64,000 bases of DNA from an uncultured Candidatus Saccharibacteria bacterium (GCA_964349555.1 CAYGGK010000001.1:120330-184329), one strand, 5' to 3'. Counted from the stretch's first letter, positions 48,034 through 58,661 are shown. Numbers and translations are program-made. Notes: generated by a model not told the origin, from the sequence alone.

Positions 48034-48267
48034 CTAGATCTCGACCAACTTGTAAATGAAATGTTTCTTGCCCGTTTGCTTTTTAGCGTATTTGCGAAAT
48101 CCTTCCGCCTCCGCCATAGTGCCGTGATGAACCTCAGTATGATACGAGTAGACGCAGACACCGTCCTCGAGGTCTGGCCATGGTCGACCGATACAATAGC
48201 TAAAACGTAGCGACGCGGAAGCCTTCGTGGGACGTTTCTGTTTACTTGGCTTACTCGACATTTGCAC
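48034..48267 (-). CDS. Small hypothetical protein (77 aa)
   Basis: Strong RBS gaaggag 7 nt upstream. A terminator-like hairpin sits downstream at about 47965-47995. Confidence 0.4.
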   Translation of the reverse strand: MQMSSKPSKQKRPTKASASLRFSYCIGRPWPDLEDGVCVYSYHTEVHHGTMAEAEGFRKYAKKQTGKKHFIYKLVEI

Positions 48268-48475
48268 TTCTCCTTCTCATGGGTTACTTCCCAACATCGG
48301 TTGGAAAGGCACGGTTTAATTCTCTAAAAGCATAGCACAGGAGTTGAAAAATTGTGCAAGCAAAATTAGTAGGTCTTTTGGCAAATTTTCATCAACATAG
48401 ACTAGAACTTCTCTTTGAATTCCGCATCCTTCGGCCCTTCTGCAGGGCCGTCAGGACCTCCATTTTCACCTCCGG

Positions 48476-48590
48476 TCGAACTTTAAAGCAGAACTGTACC
48501 GTCATGTTCGTTGCTCCCTCTGTGTTTGTGTTTGTTGGGAACTAGTCTCTTCCGAAGTTGATATTACTTAAAAGTTAAGAAACGTCAAAC
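48476..48590 (-). promoter_or_regulatory. Promoter/leader/5'-coding repeat, copy 2
   Basis: Same TTGACG-16-TAATAT promoter and leader. It encodes MTVQFCFKVRPE, then diverges and stops after 37 codons. Confidence 0.6.
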
Positions 48591-48614
48591 CCCGCGAGGC
48601 GAAGCCTCGCGGGG
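48586..48614 (-). terminator. dnaK terminator hairpin
   Basis: ccccgcgaggc-gaa-gcctcgcgggg. Confidence 0.5.
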
Positions 48615-48640
48615 TTTGTGTTGAAATCAAACTTCCCTTC

Positions 48641-50533
48641 TTATGGTTTCTCTTTAAATTCCGCGTCGGTGGTGGGAGCCTCTCCACCAGAGTCGGGACC
48701 TCCGGCTTCGCCTGCGGGGGGTGGTGTCTCAGTCTGTTTTGACATAGCCTCGCCGATTTTCATGAGCGCGGAGGAGAGCGCGTCGGCCGCCGCGGAAATC
48801 GTTGAGGGGTCTTCGCTGTTGCGCGCTGTCTTGAGCGCGTCAATCTTATCCTGCACTTCTTTCACCACTTCTGCCCCAGCTTTTTCTCCATGCTCTTTTA
48901 TTGCTTTCTCGCCAGCGTACACGGCTTGGTCGGCGATGTTGCGCGCCTCCACGAGCTCTTTACGCTTTGCGTCATCCGCCGCGTGCTCCTCGGCGTCTGC
49001 CGCCATTTTATCAATATCAGCCTTTGAGAGGCCGGTGGAGCCTTCGATGCGAATACTCTGCTCTTTCCCCGTAGTCTTCTCTTTTGCTTTCACCGTCAAA
49101 ATACCCGAGGCATCAACGTCAAAGGTTACTTCCACCTGCGGCATGCCACGCGGAGCCGGCGGGATGCCGTCAAGCATAAATTTGCCGAGCGATTTGTTGT
49201 CGGCGCTCATCGCGCGCTCACCCTGGGTGATATGGATTTCCACCGACGGCTGATTATCAGCGGCGGTAGAAAACGTCTGTGAGCGACTGGTTGGTATCGC
49301 CGTGTTGCGCTCCACGAGCTTGGTCGCCACTCCCCCCATCGTCTCTATGGAGAGCGAGAGCGGGATCACGTCCACAAGAAGGATGTCTTTCACGTCGCCC
49401 TGGAGAATGCCCGCCTGGATAGCGGCGCCGATAGCGACAACCTCGTCGGGGTTCACCATCATGTTCGGCTTTTTGTTGAAAAACTTCTCCACGGCCGCCT
49501 GGAGGGCGGGCATACGAGTCTGTCCGCCGACAAGAATTACTTCGTTGATATCGCCAACCTTAAAGGGCGACGCCTCCATCGCGCGCTTAGTGATGCTCAT
49601 CGCGCGTTCAATGAATTCGCTTGAGAGGTCCTCAAGCTTCGCTCTCGTCATCTTTATAAGGAGGTGGCGCGGGCCGGAGGCGTCAGAGGTAAGAAACGGA
49701 ATATTTATCTCCGTCTCCATCGCGCTTGAAAGCTCTATCTTTGCCTTCTCAGCCGCTTCGTCAAGGCGCTGGCGCGCGAGCGCGTCGCTTCGCACATCTA
49801 TCCCGCTTTCTTTTTTGAATTCGTCGGCGAGCCAGTTGATAATCTTCTGGTCGATGTCCTTGCCGCCGAGATGCGCGTCGCCGTCTGTGCTTTTCACCTC
49901 CAAGACGTCTCCGCCCACTTCCAAAATGGAAATGTCGAACGTACCGCCGCCGAAGTCAAAGACCGCAATCTTCTCGTCCTTCTTCTTATTGAATCCATAG
50001 GCGAGCGCTGCAGCCGTCGGCTCGTTGATGATACGGAGCACTTCAAGGCCGGCGATCTGGCCGGCCGCTTTGGTTGCGCTACGCTGGTCATCGTTAAAAT
50101 ATGCGGGGACGGTGATAACCGCCTGGGTAATCTTTTCTCCAAGTTTCGCCTCGGCGTCTGCCTTCAGCTTGCCAAGTATCATCGCCGAAAGTTCTTCGGG
50201 ACGGTACCACTTATCGCTCATCTTGACCTCGATGCCGCCCTTCTCCGCCTTGCGCATCTCAAAGGGCACCGAGTCCTTGTCCTTCTGCACCTCGGGCTCG
50301 TCAAAAGAGTGGCCGATGAAGCGCTTTATCTGAAAGATGGTGTTCAGCGGGTTCGTCACCGACTGGCGTTTCGCGAGCGTACCGACGATGCGCTCACCAG
50401 TCTTCCCTATCGCGACAATGGAGGGGGTTGTGCGGGCGCCTTCGGCATTCTCCAGCACACGCGGCTCGCCACCCTCGACGACCGCCATCGCTGAGTTAGT
50501 AGTGCCCAAATCTATACCGAGTATTTTTGCCAT
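48641..50533 (-). CDS. dnaK: Chaperone DnaK (Hsp70)
   Basis: [14 protein letters not shown]…. Confidence 0.95.
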   Translation of the reverse strand: MAKILGIDLGTTNSAMAVVEGGEPRVLENAEGARTTPSIVAIGKTGERIVGTLAKRQSVTNPLNTIFQIKRFIGHSFDEPEVQKDKDSVPFEMRKAEKGGIEVKMSDKWYRPEELSAMILGKLKADAEAKLGEKITQAVITVPAYFNDDQRSATKAAGQIAGLEVLRIINEPTAAALAYGFNKKKDEKIAVFDFGGGTFDISILEVGGDVLEVKSTDGDAHLGGKDIDQKIINWLADEFKKESGIDVRSDALARQRLDEAAEKAKIELSSAMETEINIPFLTSDASGPRHLLIKMTRAKLEDLSSEFIERAMSITKRAMEASPFKVGDINEVILVGGQTRMPALQAAVEKFFNKKPNMMVNPDEVVAIGAAIQAGILQGDVKDILLVDVIPLSLSIETMGGVATKLVERNTAIPTSRSQTFSTAADNQPSVEIHITQGERAMSADNKSLGKFMLDGIPPAPRGMPQVEVTFDVDASGILTVKAKEKTTGKEQSIRIEGSTGLSKADIDKMAADAEEHAADDAKRKELVEARNIADQAVYAGEKAIKEHGEKAGAEVVKEVQDKIDALKTARNSEDPSTISAAADALSSALMKIGEAMSKQTETPPPAGEAGGPDSGGEAPTTDAEFKEKP

Positions 50534-50568
50534 AGGTTTTTAAAGTTAGCGAGTATATAATACGTTTC

Positions 50569-51099
50569 TTATTTCTTATTTGCAAAGTGCCCGACGCGGA
50601 CCTTGGCCGGACGGATGACATTTTCTCCAATTCGCCACCCTTTTTCAAGCAATGTTGTAACGGTGCCGTCCATTTCAAGAGAGTCGGCCGCGTCCTGCCC
50701 AAGCGCGTCATAGAGCGCGGGGTCAAATTGCTCGCCCACGTTCCCGACCTCTTCAAGTCCAAGCGAAGCGAAGGCGCTCTCGAGTTGTTTTGCGATAGCC
50801 AAAAATCCTTCCGGTATCTCCCCATGTTCCTTGGCGCGCTCAAGGGCGTCAAAGGCGGGCAGAAGGGTCTCTACTGCCTTAACCTTTCCCTTAAACTCCG
50901 CCGTCTTGCTGTCGGTTTCAAATCGCTTGAGCGCATTAACATAGTCGGCCTTCGCCCTCTGCCAGCCGTCCATATATTCCTGCTTCTCCTTCCGGCACGC
51001 CTGTAGCTCCCCGCGCATCTTCGCGACTTTATTTTCTTCAAGGGGCTCGATATCCTCAGACCCTTCTGCATCAATCTCAACTCCTTCTTCGTCCATCAT
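50569..51099 (-). CDS. grpE: Nucleotide exchange factor GrpE
   Basis: Coiled-coil followed by a C-terminal β-domain (…KGWRIGENVIRPAKV…). Confidence 0.8.
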   Translation of the reverse strand: MMDEEGVEIDAEGSEDIEPLEENKVAKMRGELQACRKEKQEYMDGWQRAKADYVNALKRFETDSKTAEFKGKVKAVETLLPAFDALERAKEHGEIPEGFLAIAKQLESAFASLGLEEVGNVGEQFDPALYDALGQDAADSLEMDGTVTTLLEKGWRIGENVIRPAKVRVGHFANKK

Positions 51100-51146
51100 T
51101 ACAGTATGCTCCAAACCAGGTTTCAAATCAAATAACACTGATCACC

Positions 51147-51503
51147 TTATCTTGACAGCACGATAATACTCGCCTCAATTTCAGTATGGCAATTTTTACA
51201 AACCAAAACACATTTTTTAGCTTCTCGTAAAATGCTGTCCCATGAATATGAAAGTCCTTTTACACTCAAAGCAAAAGTCTTTGTTTTCGGATTCGTATGA
51301 TGAAAGTCTAATGCTCCTGCATATTTTTTATATCCGCAAATGACACATTTCCCTCCAAAAATTTCTACAAGTTTCTCTTTTTTCTCGCGCCTATGGTTTA
51401 TGACCCATTCAGAAGCGCATTTACCACAGCGGAAAGCACCATCTGGTCTCGGAAAATGTTTTGTCTGACCATGTTTCTTACATGTTTTTATCATTAAAGA
51501 CAT
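51147..51503 (-). CDS. HNH endonuclease family protein
   Basis: CxxC…CxxC zinc knuckles, then DFHH…N…CH. Confidence 0.55.
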   Translation of the reverse strand: MSLMIKTCKKHGQTKHFPRPDGAFRCGKCASEWVINHRREKKEKLVEIFGGKCVICGYKKYAGALDFHHTNPKTKTFALSVKGLSYSWDSILREAKKCVLVCKNCHTEIEASIIVLSR

Positions 51504-51583
51504 TATAACACCCTGTGTTAGGTTTGGTGAGTGGCTGGGGTTGGTATATAATGGCGATGGTCAATGTTATTGGCCATTTATAT

Positions 51584-51656
51584 TCCGCGGTAGCTCAGCT
51601 GGTAGAGCGCCTCGCTGTTAACGAGGATGTCCTTGGTTCGAGTCCAAGCCGCGGAG
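51584..51656 (+). tRNA. tRNA-Asn (anticodon GUU)
   Basis: Folded by hand. Acceptor TCCGCGG/CCGCGGA, anticodon loop CTGTTAA. Confidence 0.75.
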
Positions 51657-51723
51657 CTAGAGTTGATAGATAGAGTGAGTCGTGATATATAAAAAATAAG
51701 ACGAACGGTTGAAAGGGGGAGTC

Positions 51724-52029
51724 ATGAACCTGAGAAGCATTCGTCAGACGGCTGACACGGCCGCGATTGCGCTGGACAAGCTGGGTGATAGGGTTCATCC
51801 AGCAGTTACGAGAGCTATCGCGGCACACTTTGAGCTCGAGAAGAAGCAGACTGGCGAGCTCGGTGTTGAGTTTCTCCAAGGCTTTTATTCGGGCGCATTT
51901 TTTGTACACAGCTGGCTTCTTAAAACCGCCGGCCCGACTGCGGCACCCACTCAGATGGTGGCGCAATTGACCATCGAGGCCGCCCGACAATACATCGGCC
52001 ACATCGAAAAACTGGTCGAGAAGGGCTGA
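51724..52029 (+). CDS. Hypothetical protein
   Basis: About 100 aa, sitting right after tRNA-Asn. Confidence 0.3.
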   Translation: MNLRSIRQTADTAAIALDKLGDRVHPAVTRAIAAHFELEKKQTGELGVEFLQGFYSGAFFVHSWLLKTAGPTAAPTQMVAQLTIEAARQYIGHIEKLVEKG

Positions 52030-52286
52030 GCCGTCACACCGGCGGAAGAAAGGACAACCGTCCCGACTTCCTCACTCGGTGCGGCGGTTCTTTCTTTTTA
52101 TACACAGGTTTGAACTTCTTCTACCACCACAAGAGTACTTCCATTTTTATAGTCGCTGCACTCCTTAAAAATTAGGTCGCCAGCGGGAGCTTGACAGTTT
52201 TGTGTCTTTATGTTAGCATCCCCTCAGAGGTTCCTTTGGCCACTGGGCTGACCTCACCCGATCACAACCAACTATGGAGGTGTTAA

Positions 52287-52853
52287 GTGAATCCAATCAG
52301 AAAGTTTCCTGGTCATTTCGCGGGGGCATTTATCCCGCGCGTGGGCGTAGACGGCATGGTTGAAGTGTTAGTCATCGGCGTCTTGCCCATCCAGTACCGC
52401 GAAGCCAATAATAAACTGCGGTTGCAGAGACTCCAGGTGAAGATGCCGGGAGGATGCGCCCAGAACCATGAGGAGAACGCGAACCTGTCACTGGCGCTCG
52501 TCCGCGAACTGCACGGGGAGATCGCCAAGGATGACGACTTCCAAGTCAGCCTTGGCAAGCAGGTCTTCCAGCGCGTCAAACCGGGCCGCAGTCCTAGTGA
52601 ACCGAAACACCGACAGTCTTTCTACTACACACAGTTCCAGGGCGAGCTTCGCAATGAGGATGTGGTGGAGGACGAGGGTGATGAGATCCTTGCGCCGCCG
52701 TGTTGGGTTGAGGCGCGGCAGTTATGGAGCACGATATTCCCCAGTCATCGTGAGCCGCTGGTTGCCGGCCTGGAACATCTCGCTCTCGCTTCTCCAGAAG
52801 TTGCGTACCAGTATTCGGACATTCTCGCCACACGTCGATCTGGGCAGTCTTAG
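52287..52853 (+). CDS. Nudix hydrolase-like protein
   Basis: Nudix-box-like GGCAQNHEENANLSLALVRELHGE. Noticeably more GC-rich than its surroundings. Confidence 0.45.
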   Translation: MNPIRKFPGHFAGAFIPRVGVDGMVEVLVIGVLPIQYREANNKLRLQRLQVKMPGGCAQNHEENANLSLALVRELHGEIAKDDDFQVSLGKQVFQRVKPGRSPSEPKHRQSFYYTQFQGELRNEDVVEDEGDEILAPPCWVEARQLWSTIFPSHREPLVAGLEHLALASPEVAYQYSDILATRRSGQS

Positions 52854-52961
52854 CTCCGATTATTGCCTTTCGGCATTAATCACGGCGTCGTTGGAATAGT
52901 TATTCCAGCGACGCCGGTTGTTTTTGTACGAAGATCCTCTATCAAACAAGAGCCCCATAGC

Positions 52962-53405
52962 TCAATCATCCAAATCAAGTGGCTTCACTGGTTTCATCAC
53001 GGCTTTGGGATTCTGTTTCCACTCGTCGGATACATCGGCGTAGAGTTCGAGTTCGTTGCCGTCCGGATCAAGTATGTAGATGCTATGCGTAACGCCATGA
53101 TCCCCAGTGCCCACAATAGTGACGCCGTTTTGTTTGAGTTCGCGATACGCTTGCCTCGCATCGTCGTTTGAATCGCCGATTTTGAATCCGATATGATAAA
53201 GGCCCGGAGTCGGGTACTCACTTTTGACCGGACTCCCACCAATTTCGATAAGCAATAATTCATGGTGAGTTCTTCCTGACGAAAATAACGCCGTTCCTTC
53301 ATCGCGATGGATTTCATGAAAACCTAGTGTATGACGGTAGAAGTCAGCCGAACGCTTTAGGTTGGATACATAGAGAACAATATGGCCGAGTTCTTTAATG
53401 TGCAT
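52962..53405 (-). CDS. VOC (glyoxalase/bleomycin-resistance/dioxygenase) family protein
   Basis: Paired βαβββ modules (HIVLYVSNL…, HIGFKI…). Confidence 0.6.
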   Translation of the reverse strand: MHIKELGHIVLYVSNLKRSADFYRHTLGFHEIHRDEGTALFSSGRTHHELLLIEIGGSPVKSEYPTPGLYHIGFKIGDSNDDARQAYRELKQNGVTIVGTGDHGVTHSIYILDPDGNELELYADVSDEWKQNPKAVMKPVKPLDLDD

Positions 53406-53460
53406 AAGGTCATTGTACCTCGCAGCAACCTCTGTTCTTCCATACTGGTTAGCTTAGACA

Positions 53461-53649
53461 ATGACTGAACGTATACTGTTGAAATTATTCTGGGTGATGA
53501 TGCTGTTGTGCGCGGGGTCGGCGTTGGCCCTTATCTGGATGGGCGACATTTTTCCAGAGAAGCTTGTCCCCACCTTCTTTATCTTAGGTTTCGCGAGCTT
53601 CTTAATTTGGGCACCTCTCGTTACATATAAATTCTTAGCGAGACTCTGA
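53461..53649 (+). CDS. Small membrane protein
   Basis: Two TM helices, 62 aa. Confidence 0.25.
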   Translation: MTERILLKLFWVMMLLCAGSALALIWMGDIFPEKLVPTFFILGFASFLIWAPLVTYKFLARL

Positions 53650-53738
53650 AATTTCGTAGGTTCTCATTTCAATACAAAAGTTCGAACGTCGTCAAAGACG
53701 CAGAGCAGAAACAAAAAAGGGGCAGTGGATGCCCCCAG

Positions 53739-54341
53739 TTATAAAACAATTCGATACCCCTTCCCTTTAACATTCTCTATCGAAAGGTTTGGGTTAATTT
53801 CCTCCAGCTTGGACCTTAGTTTAAAGATGGTGACACCAATGTCTTCACTCTTTCGAACGGCAACCTCGCCCTTGAGAAGGACCATCGACTCGAACAGAGC
53901 GTATTCAGTCCTATTCAGTTCGTAACGATACTTACCAAGCTCGCCTATAAGCTGATTAAACGAACTGATAATCCTGCGGCGGTCAATCGCCTCCAGGTGA
54001 GCGACTAACACACAAACCGGAGTCGAATCATCGTAGACAAAAGCTGCCCCCGAATCAAGAAGTTTTACTCTCTCTTCAGGACATCCGCTACCACGAGCAA
54101 TCATGAGCGTCCTCTCGTGGCAACGTCTCGGTATCTCCCTTCTCAAAACAAAACAGGGAGATTTCCCGGTATTCGCCGTAAAGAGGTCTCTTTGCGGAGC
54201 GAAAACAAAGTGCGGAATTTCAGAGTGCCTGAGGGCGGAAAAAAGATCATCCCTGTTTTCCGCCTCCCACCATTTCCAGTTCTTTCTAAGAAGGCAGTCT
54301 GGCGGAGTTTGTACACCAAGACTGTATATGTTAAGTCTCAT
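53739..54341 (-). CDS. OmpR/PhoB-type winged-helix DNA-binding protein without a receiver domain
   Basis: C-terminal LNRTEYALFESMVLLKGEVAVRKSEDIGVTIFKLRSKLEEI…VKGKGYRI. Confidence 0.5.
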   Translation of the reverse strand: MRLNIYSLGVQTPPDCLLRKNWKWWEAENRDDLFSALRHSEIPHFVFAPQRDLFTANTGKSPCFVLRREIPRRCHERTLMIARGSGCPEERVKLLDSGAAFVYDDSTPVCVLVAHLEAIDRRRIISSFNQLIGELGKYRYELNRTEYALFESMVLLKGEVAVRKSEDIGVTIFKLRSKLEEINPNLSIENVKGKGYRIVL

Positions 54342-54704
54342 CCAAATCTCCTCTTCCAAAACGGCCAGTTTCTTTTAGGGAGAGAAACCAAGGAACTCCT
54401 ATCTAGAAGAATACGCCTGCTCAACAAAAGACTTTTTGTCTCTGTGGATAACCAACATGCCACGCCAAATTTTTCTTGACAAATGTGCCCTACTCAGTCA
54501 TTATACGAAGCATAGGAGGTCTGTTTGCCCCCGCACAAGTAACCTCCTTGGCAGGCCGCGTCCTTTGTACGCAGCCAAAGGTGGCCTGCCGGGAGCGAGT
54601 AGTATCATGGCAGTGATCCTCGCTCCCACGCCCCCCTTCCCCGCTCTTTCGCCCTACTCCCGTCTTTAACGGGAGTTTCATTTTTCGTACAATTAGCTGT
54701 TAGA

Positions 54705-56117
54705 ATGGGGGCACACAAAAGTAACGACATGATCCCCAATCACTCGCCGTGGATACAACAGCTGAAACGAACGAGGCCCGTCGTTCCTCTCGACAGAGAC
54801 GTACGAGCCGACGTGGCTATCGTCGGAGGCGGCATTGCCGGTGTGGTAACCGCCTTTTTCACCTTGCGCGACACGGACAAGACCGTCGTGTTACTTGAGG
54901 CGGACAAGATTGCCCACGGGGCGACCGGGCACAACGCCGGACAGATTACCAGTTATTTTGAACGGCCTCTTTTTGAGCTGGTGGAAGAGTTCGGCTTGGA
55001 GCTTGCCGCAGACGGCCAAAAATCCATAGAGTCCGCTTGGGCGTTGCTCGACCAAATCATCGCCGAAGCGGGGCTAGAGACGCCGCTGTACCGCTTCACC
55101 GGCTACGCCGGACTCTCAAATCTTGAACAGCTCCTCGTGTATTTAAAAAATAACCGGTGCCGAGCACAGGGAGGGCTTCAAGCCGAAGCGATCACGGTTG
55201 CTCTCGAGTGGGACGGACGGGGCGATATACCGGAAGAATACAAAGACATTTACTCTACAGCCGCACACAAAGACGTGCTCGGGTTACTCGAGACAAATAA
55301 TTCTGATTACATCGCCTCGGTTTCGTATCAGAAAGGTTGCATAAACAGTGCTCTCTTTTCAGAAGAGTTGATCGGATACCTCGCTACGGCGTACAAAGGC
55401 CGTTTTTCTTTTTTTGAGGGCAGTCCGGTGCAAACAGTACGACTTTCTAACGACAGTGGAATATTGGAAGTGGTGACTCGTCGCGTTGAGGCGAAAAAAA
55501 TCGTGCTCTGCACCAACGGGTTTGAGTCCTTTACGATCCAAAACGACGCCGGAGAAGAAATTGACACGACCTTCCACCATTCGGTCGTCGGTCGTGTCGG
55601 GTACATGTCGGGCTATATTGAGCCGCTTAATCACCCCCCGACAGCCATTAGCTACTTCCCAAAAACAAACGGGCACAGCGGCGACCCGACCGGCGAAAGC
55701 TACTTTTACCTCACCCGACGGCCGCACGAGCACGAGGGTAAGGATTCATACAATCTCGTTTGCACCGGAGGACCCGAAAAAGTTCTCCCTAACGGTGCCG
55801 AATATTCTCGTGGAGACTCGTGCTCTGAAGACATGCGTACGGTTATTGACGATTTTTTGCATGACAACTACGACAAGTACCCAAAGCAAGAAGTTGAATA
55901 TTCTTTTTGCTGGCACGGGCTCATGGGATATACGCCAAGCGGCATCCGGCGTATCGGCCCAGAACCGCGCAATCCCACGCTCCTCTATAACCTCGGCTGT
56001 AACGGGGTGGGTATTTTGCCGTCAATATTTGGCGGCAAACGTATCTCTCAGTTTCTACGCGAGGAACATCTAGAAAAATCCATCTTTGACCCTTATACTG
56101 AAACCTATGTTGAATAG
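54705..56117 (+). CDS. FAD-dependent oxidoreductase (DAO family)
   Basis: VAIVGGGIAGV dinucleotide-binding motif. Confidence 0.7.
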   Translation: MGAHKSNDMIPNHSPWIQQLKRTRPVVPLDRDVRADVAIVGGGIAGVVTAFFTLRDTDKTVVLLEADKIAHGATGHNAGQITSYFERPLFELVEEFGLELAADGQKSIESAWALLDQIIAEAGLETPLYRFTGYAGLSNLEQLLVYLKNNRCRAQGGLQAEAITVALEWDGRGDIPEEYKDIYSTAAHKDVLGLLETNNSDYIASVSYQKGCINSALFSEELIGYLATAYKGRFSFFEGSPVQTVRLSNDSGILEVVTRRVEAKKIVLCTNGFESFTIQNDAGEEIDTTFHHSVVGRVGYMSGYIEPLNHPPTAISYFPKTNGHSGDPTGESYFYLTRRPHEHEGKDSYNLVCTGGPEKVLPNGAEYSRGDSCSEDMRTVIDDFLHDNYDKYPKQEVEYSFCWHGLMGYTPSGIRRIGPEPRNPTLLYNLGCNGVGILPSIFGGKRISQFLREEHLEKSIFDPYTETYVE

Positions 56118-57039
56118 CATATTTATTCTCATAGTCGCTATGGGCATGGTCATCAAGGGAGCAACGATGGCTACCACCTACGCCGAGCGGCTGGCGAAGA
56201 GTTACCGGTTATCGGAATACGCTGTCGGCTTCATTATCGTTTCCGTCATTTCGGTCTTGCCAGAGGCGTTTATCGCGATTAATTCCGCAATTGAGGGCGT
56301 TCCGTCGTTCGGACTCGCCATGCTGTTCGGGTCGAATATTACGGACCTGACGCTGATTTTCGCCATCATCGTTTTTTATGCTGGAAGAGGGTTAAAAATT
56401 GAGAGTAAGGTCTTGAAAAATCACGCGACCTATTCGTTCGTGCTTTTATTGCCGCTGGTATTGGGTCTTGATGGGCACTTTTCCCGACTAGAAGGGCTGG
56501 CTCTTATCATCGCCGGACTGGTGTTTTATTACAGCGCCTTGAGGGAGGGAATGGAAAATAGGCCGGCGTTGAACGAGAATGGGTACGACTGGCATAAAAG
56601 TTTTCTACTGTTGATGTTCAGTATGGTAGTGATGGTCATTGGTGCGTATTTTACCGTTACGTCGGCTACGTCTATTGCGTCTCACCTGAACGTTAGTCCG
56701 ATTCTCATCGGCATGCTTATTGTAGGACTCGGAACTGCCGTACCCGAATTATTCTTCTCCCTGAAATCAGTGAAGAGGCGCGAGGACTCCTTGGCGGTCG
56801 GGGACATTCTCGGCATCGTGCTTGCCGATGCCACCATCGTTGTCGGTATTCTCGCGCTCATAGATCCGTTCTTTTTCCCTCAAAAGATTATTTATGTCAC
56901 CGGTGCGTTCATGATCGTGGCTTCGTTTATTCTGTTCCACTTCATGCGCTCCAGACGAACGCTCTCAAAGAGAGAAGCTTCTTTACTCCTCGTCTTCTGG
57001 CTGGTCTTTGTGTCTGTGGAGTTTATTATTACCCGGTAA
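56086..57039 (+). CDS. Ca2+/cation antiporter (CaCA, YrbG-like)
   Basis: Two α-repeat regions (GSNITD and GTAVPELF). Confidence 0.65.
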   Translation: MTLILKPMLNSIFILIVAMGMVIKGATMATTYAERLAKSYRLSEYAVGFIIVSVISVLPEAFIAINSAIEGVPSFGLAMLFGSNITDLTLIFAIIVFYAGRGLKIESKVLKNHATYSFVLLLPLVLGLDGHFSRLEGLALIIAGLVFYYSALREGMENRPALNENGYDWHKSFLLLMFSMVVMVIGAYFTVTSATSIASHLNVSPILIGMLIVGLGTAVPELFFSLKSVKRREDSLAVGDILGIVLADATIVVGILALIDPFFFPQKIIYVTGAFMIVASFILFHFMRSRRTLSKREASLLLVFWLVFVSVEFIITR

Positions 57040-57200
57040 CGACTCCCTTTTCAATGATGATGGGGGTGCGCGTGGAATCCTGTGCCGCCATATAGCCAAG
57101 TCCGAAGCTTGCCAGCGCGACGACTATCATAACAAGAAGGGTACCGAGTTTCGATGGACTCACCACAGGTAACATGTTAAGTACGATACCATAGAATGCA

Positions 57201-58661
57201 ATGATCGCGCGTCCCGATATTCTGTTCTTCTCCGCCGCGTGCGGCTTCGTCGCGGGGACCGTCGCTGGCGGACTGGGAGTCCCGCCGCTTGTCGCTCTTT
57301 TCCTATCCGTTTTTTCAATTTTCGTTGTTTTATTTTTCCGGAAAATACTCGTGGTAGTGGCTCTCGTGGTTGCGGGACTCTTTCTTTTAGGAAATGTGTA
57401 CTACGCCATCGACGACTACGCCTACCGCTCCGCCGAGCGCGCGGCGGAACAAGTTGTTTATTTTGAAGGCATCATCGTAGACGAGCCGCGCCGCTCTCTC
57501 AAAGATCAAACGGTAAAAGTGGAGTTGATACGCGCCGATGTTGAAAACGCGCTTGGAAGCCGTCTCTACCTCCGGACAGAACTTTATCCGGAACTCTCGT
57601 ACGGCGGAATAGTGCGCGTCTCGGGAGTAGTCGTCGCTCCGCCGAAGGATTCATACGGTAACTATATAAAGAAAGAGCGCATGCACGGCACGATGTTCTA
57701 TCCAGAAATAGAGGTCATTGGCGACGAAGGCAACGCTGTTCTCGGCGCGCTCTTTAGCGTGCGACAGTCCATCAAGGACCATATAGGACGCCTTTTTGTC
57801 CAACAGCATGCCGCCTTTCTCTCTGGGATCCTTTTGGGCGATAAAGATGAATTCTCTCCGGAATTTTTGAATAAGCTCTCAACAAGCGGCACGATGCATT
57901 TGATGGCGCTTTCGGGCCTGAATATGACGATTATTGTATTTATCGCTCTCGCGGTTTTTTCGGTCGTGTTTCGCGGGAGGAAACGCCCGCAATTTATCGC
58001 GACATTCGGTGTCGTAGCGCTCTTCGTGGCGATGACTAGCTTCCAGGTATCCGCCATTCGCGCCGCACTCATGGCCTTCGTTGTTGGTCTCGCTGACGTC
58101 ACTCACCGGCTCTACAGGCCTCATAACGCCATCGCGCTTGCGGCGCTTATCCTCACCCTATGGAATCCGAAGGCTCCGGTATTCGATCTCGGGTTCCAAC
58201 TCTCTTTCCTTGCGACACTCTCGATCATTTACTTCGCACCGGCTCTGAAGCGTCTACCGTTTCTGCAAGCTGACGGCGCGTTCGGATGGCGCGACGCGCT
58301 TGCCATAACGCTCGCCGCCCAGCTCGGCGTCGCGCCGATAACGATCATCAGCTTCGGCAACTTTTCTTTCACCGCGCTTTTTGCAAACATCGGAATTCTC
58401 GCGGTTATCCCCCTCCTGACAGTTATGGGCTTTCTCGTCGTACTCTTCTCAATGGTCTTCCCTCCGCTAGCCTTCCTCGTCAGCCAGCCGATCGCATTTC
58501 TTATAGACTACGTCGTTGCGGTTGTTGAAACATTCGCAACAGTGTACATACCGTTTAATCCCAACATAGGGGTAACACTCGCGGTGATATATTATTGCGT
58601 GATGATATGGATATGCTGGCGCTGGTCTCCCGCATTTAAAACAGATGAAAAATCCTCTTGA
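57201..58661 (+). CDS. comEC: ComEC/Rec2 N-terminal membrane (competence) domain
   Basis: DUF4131-like region and the polytopic competence domain. Confidence 0.7.
   Translation: MIARPDILFFSAACGFVAGTVAGGLGVPPLVALFLSVFSIFVVLFFRKILVVVALVVAGLFLLGNVYYAIDDYAYRSAERAAEQVVYFEGIIVDEPRRSLKDQTVKVELIRADVENALGSRLYLRTELYPELSYGGIVRVSGVVVAPPKDSYGNYIKKERMHGTMFYPEIEVIGDEGNAVLGALFSVRQSIKDHIGRLFVQQHAAFLSGILLGDKDEFSPEFLNKLSTSGTMHLMALSGLNMTIIVFIALAVFSVVFRGRKRPQFIATFGVVALFVAMTSFQVSAIRAALMAFVVGLADVTHRLYRPHNAIALAALILTLWNPKAPVFDLGFQLSFLATLSIIYFAPALKRLPFLQADGAFGWRDALAITLAAQLGVAPITIISFGNFSFTALFANIGILAVIPLLTVMGFLVVLFSMVFPPLAFLVSQPIAFLIDYVVAVVETFATVYIPFNPNIGVTLAVIYYCVMIWICWRWSPAFKTDEKSS

Noticed and set aside
48618-50494. 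Plus-strand ORFs of 211, 232 and 207 aa
   Set aside because: They are antisense to dnaK. Ser/Ala-rich low-complexity translation makes them spurious.
50533-51146. CIRCE (HrcA operator) near grpE-dnaK
   Set aside because: No TTAGCACTC-N9-GAGTGCTAA-like inverted repeat was found in the grpE upstream region inside this window.
51595-52002. 135-aa minus-strand ORF
   Set aside because: It overlaps tRNA-Asn and the plus-strand small ORF, and has no RBS or motifs.
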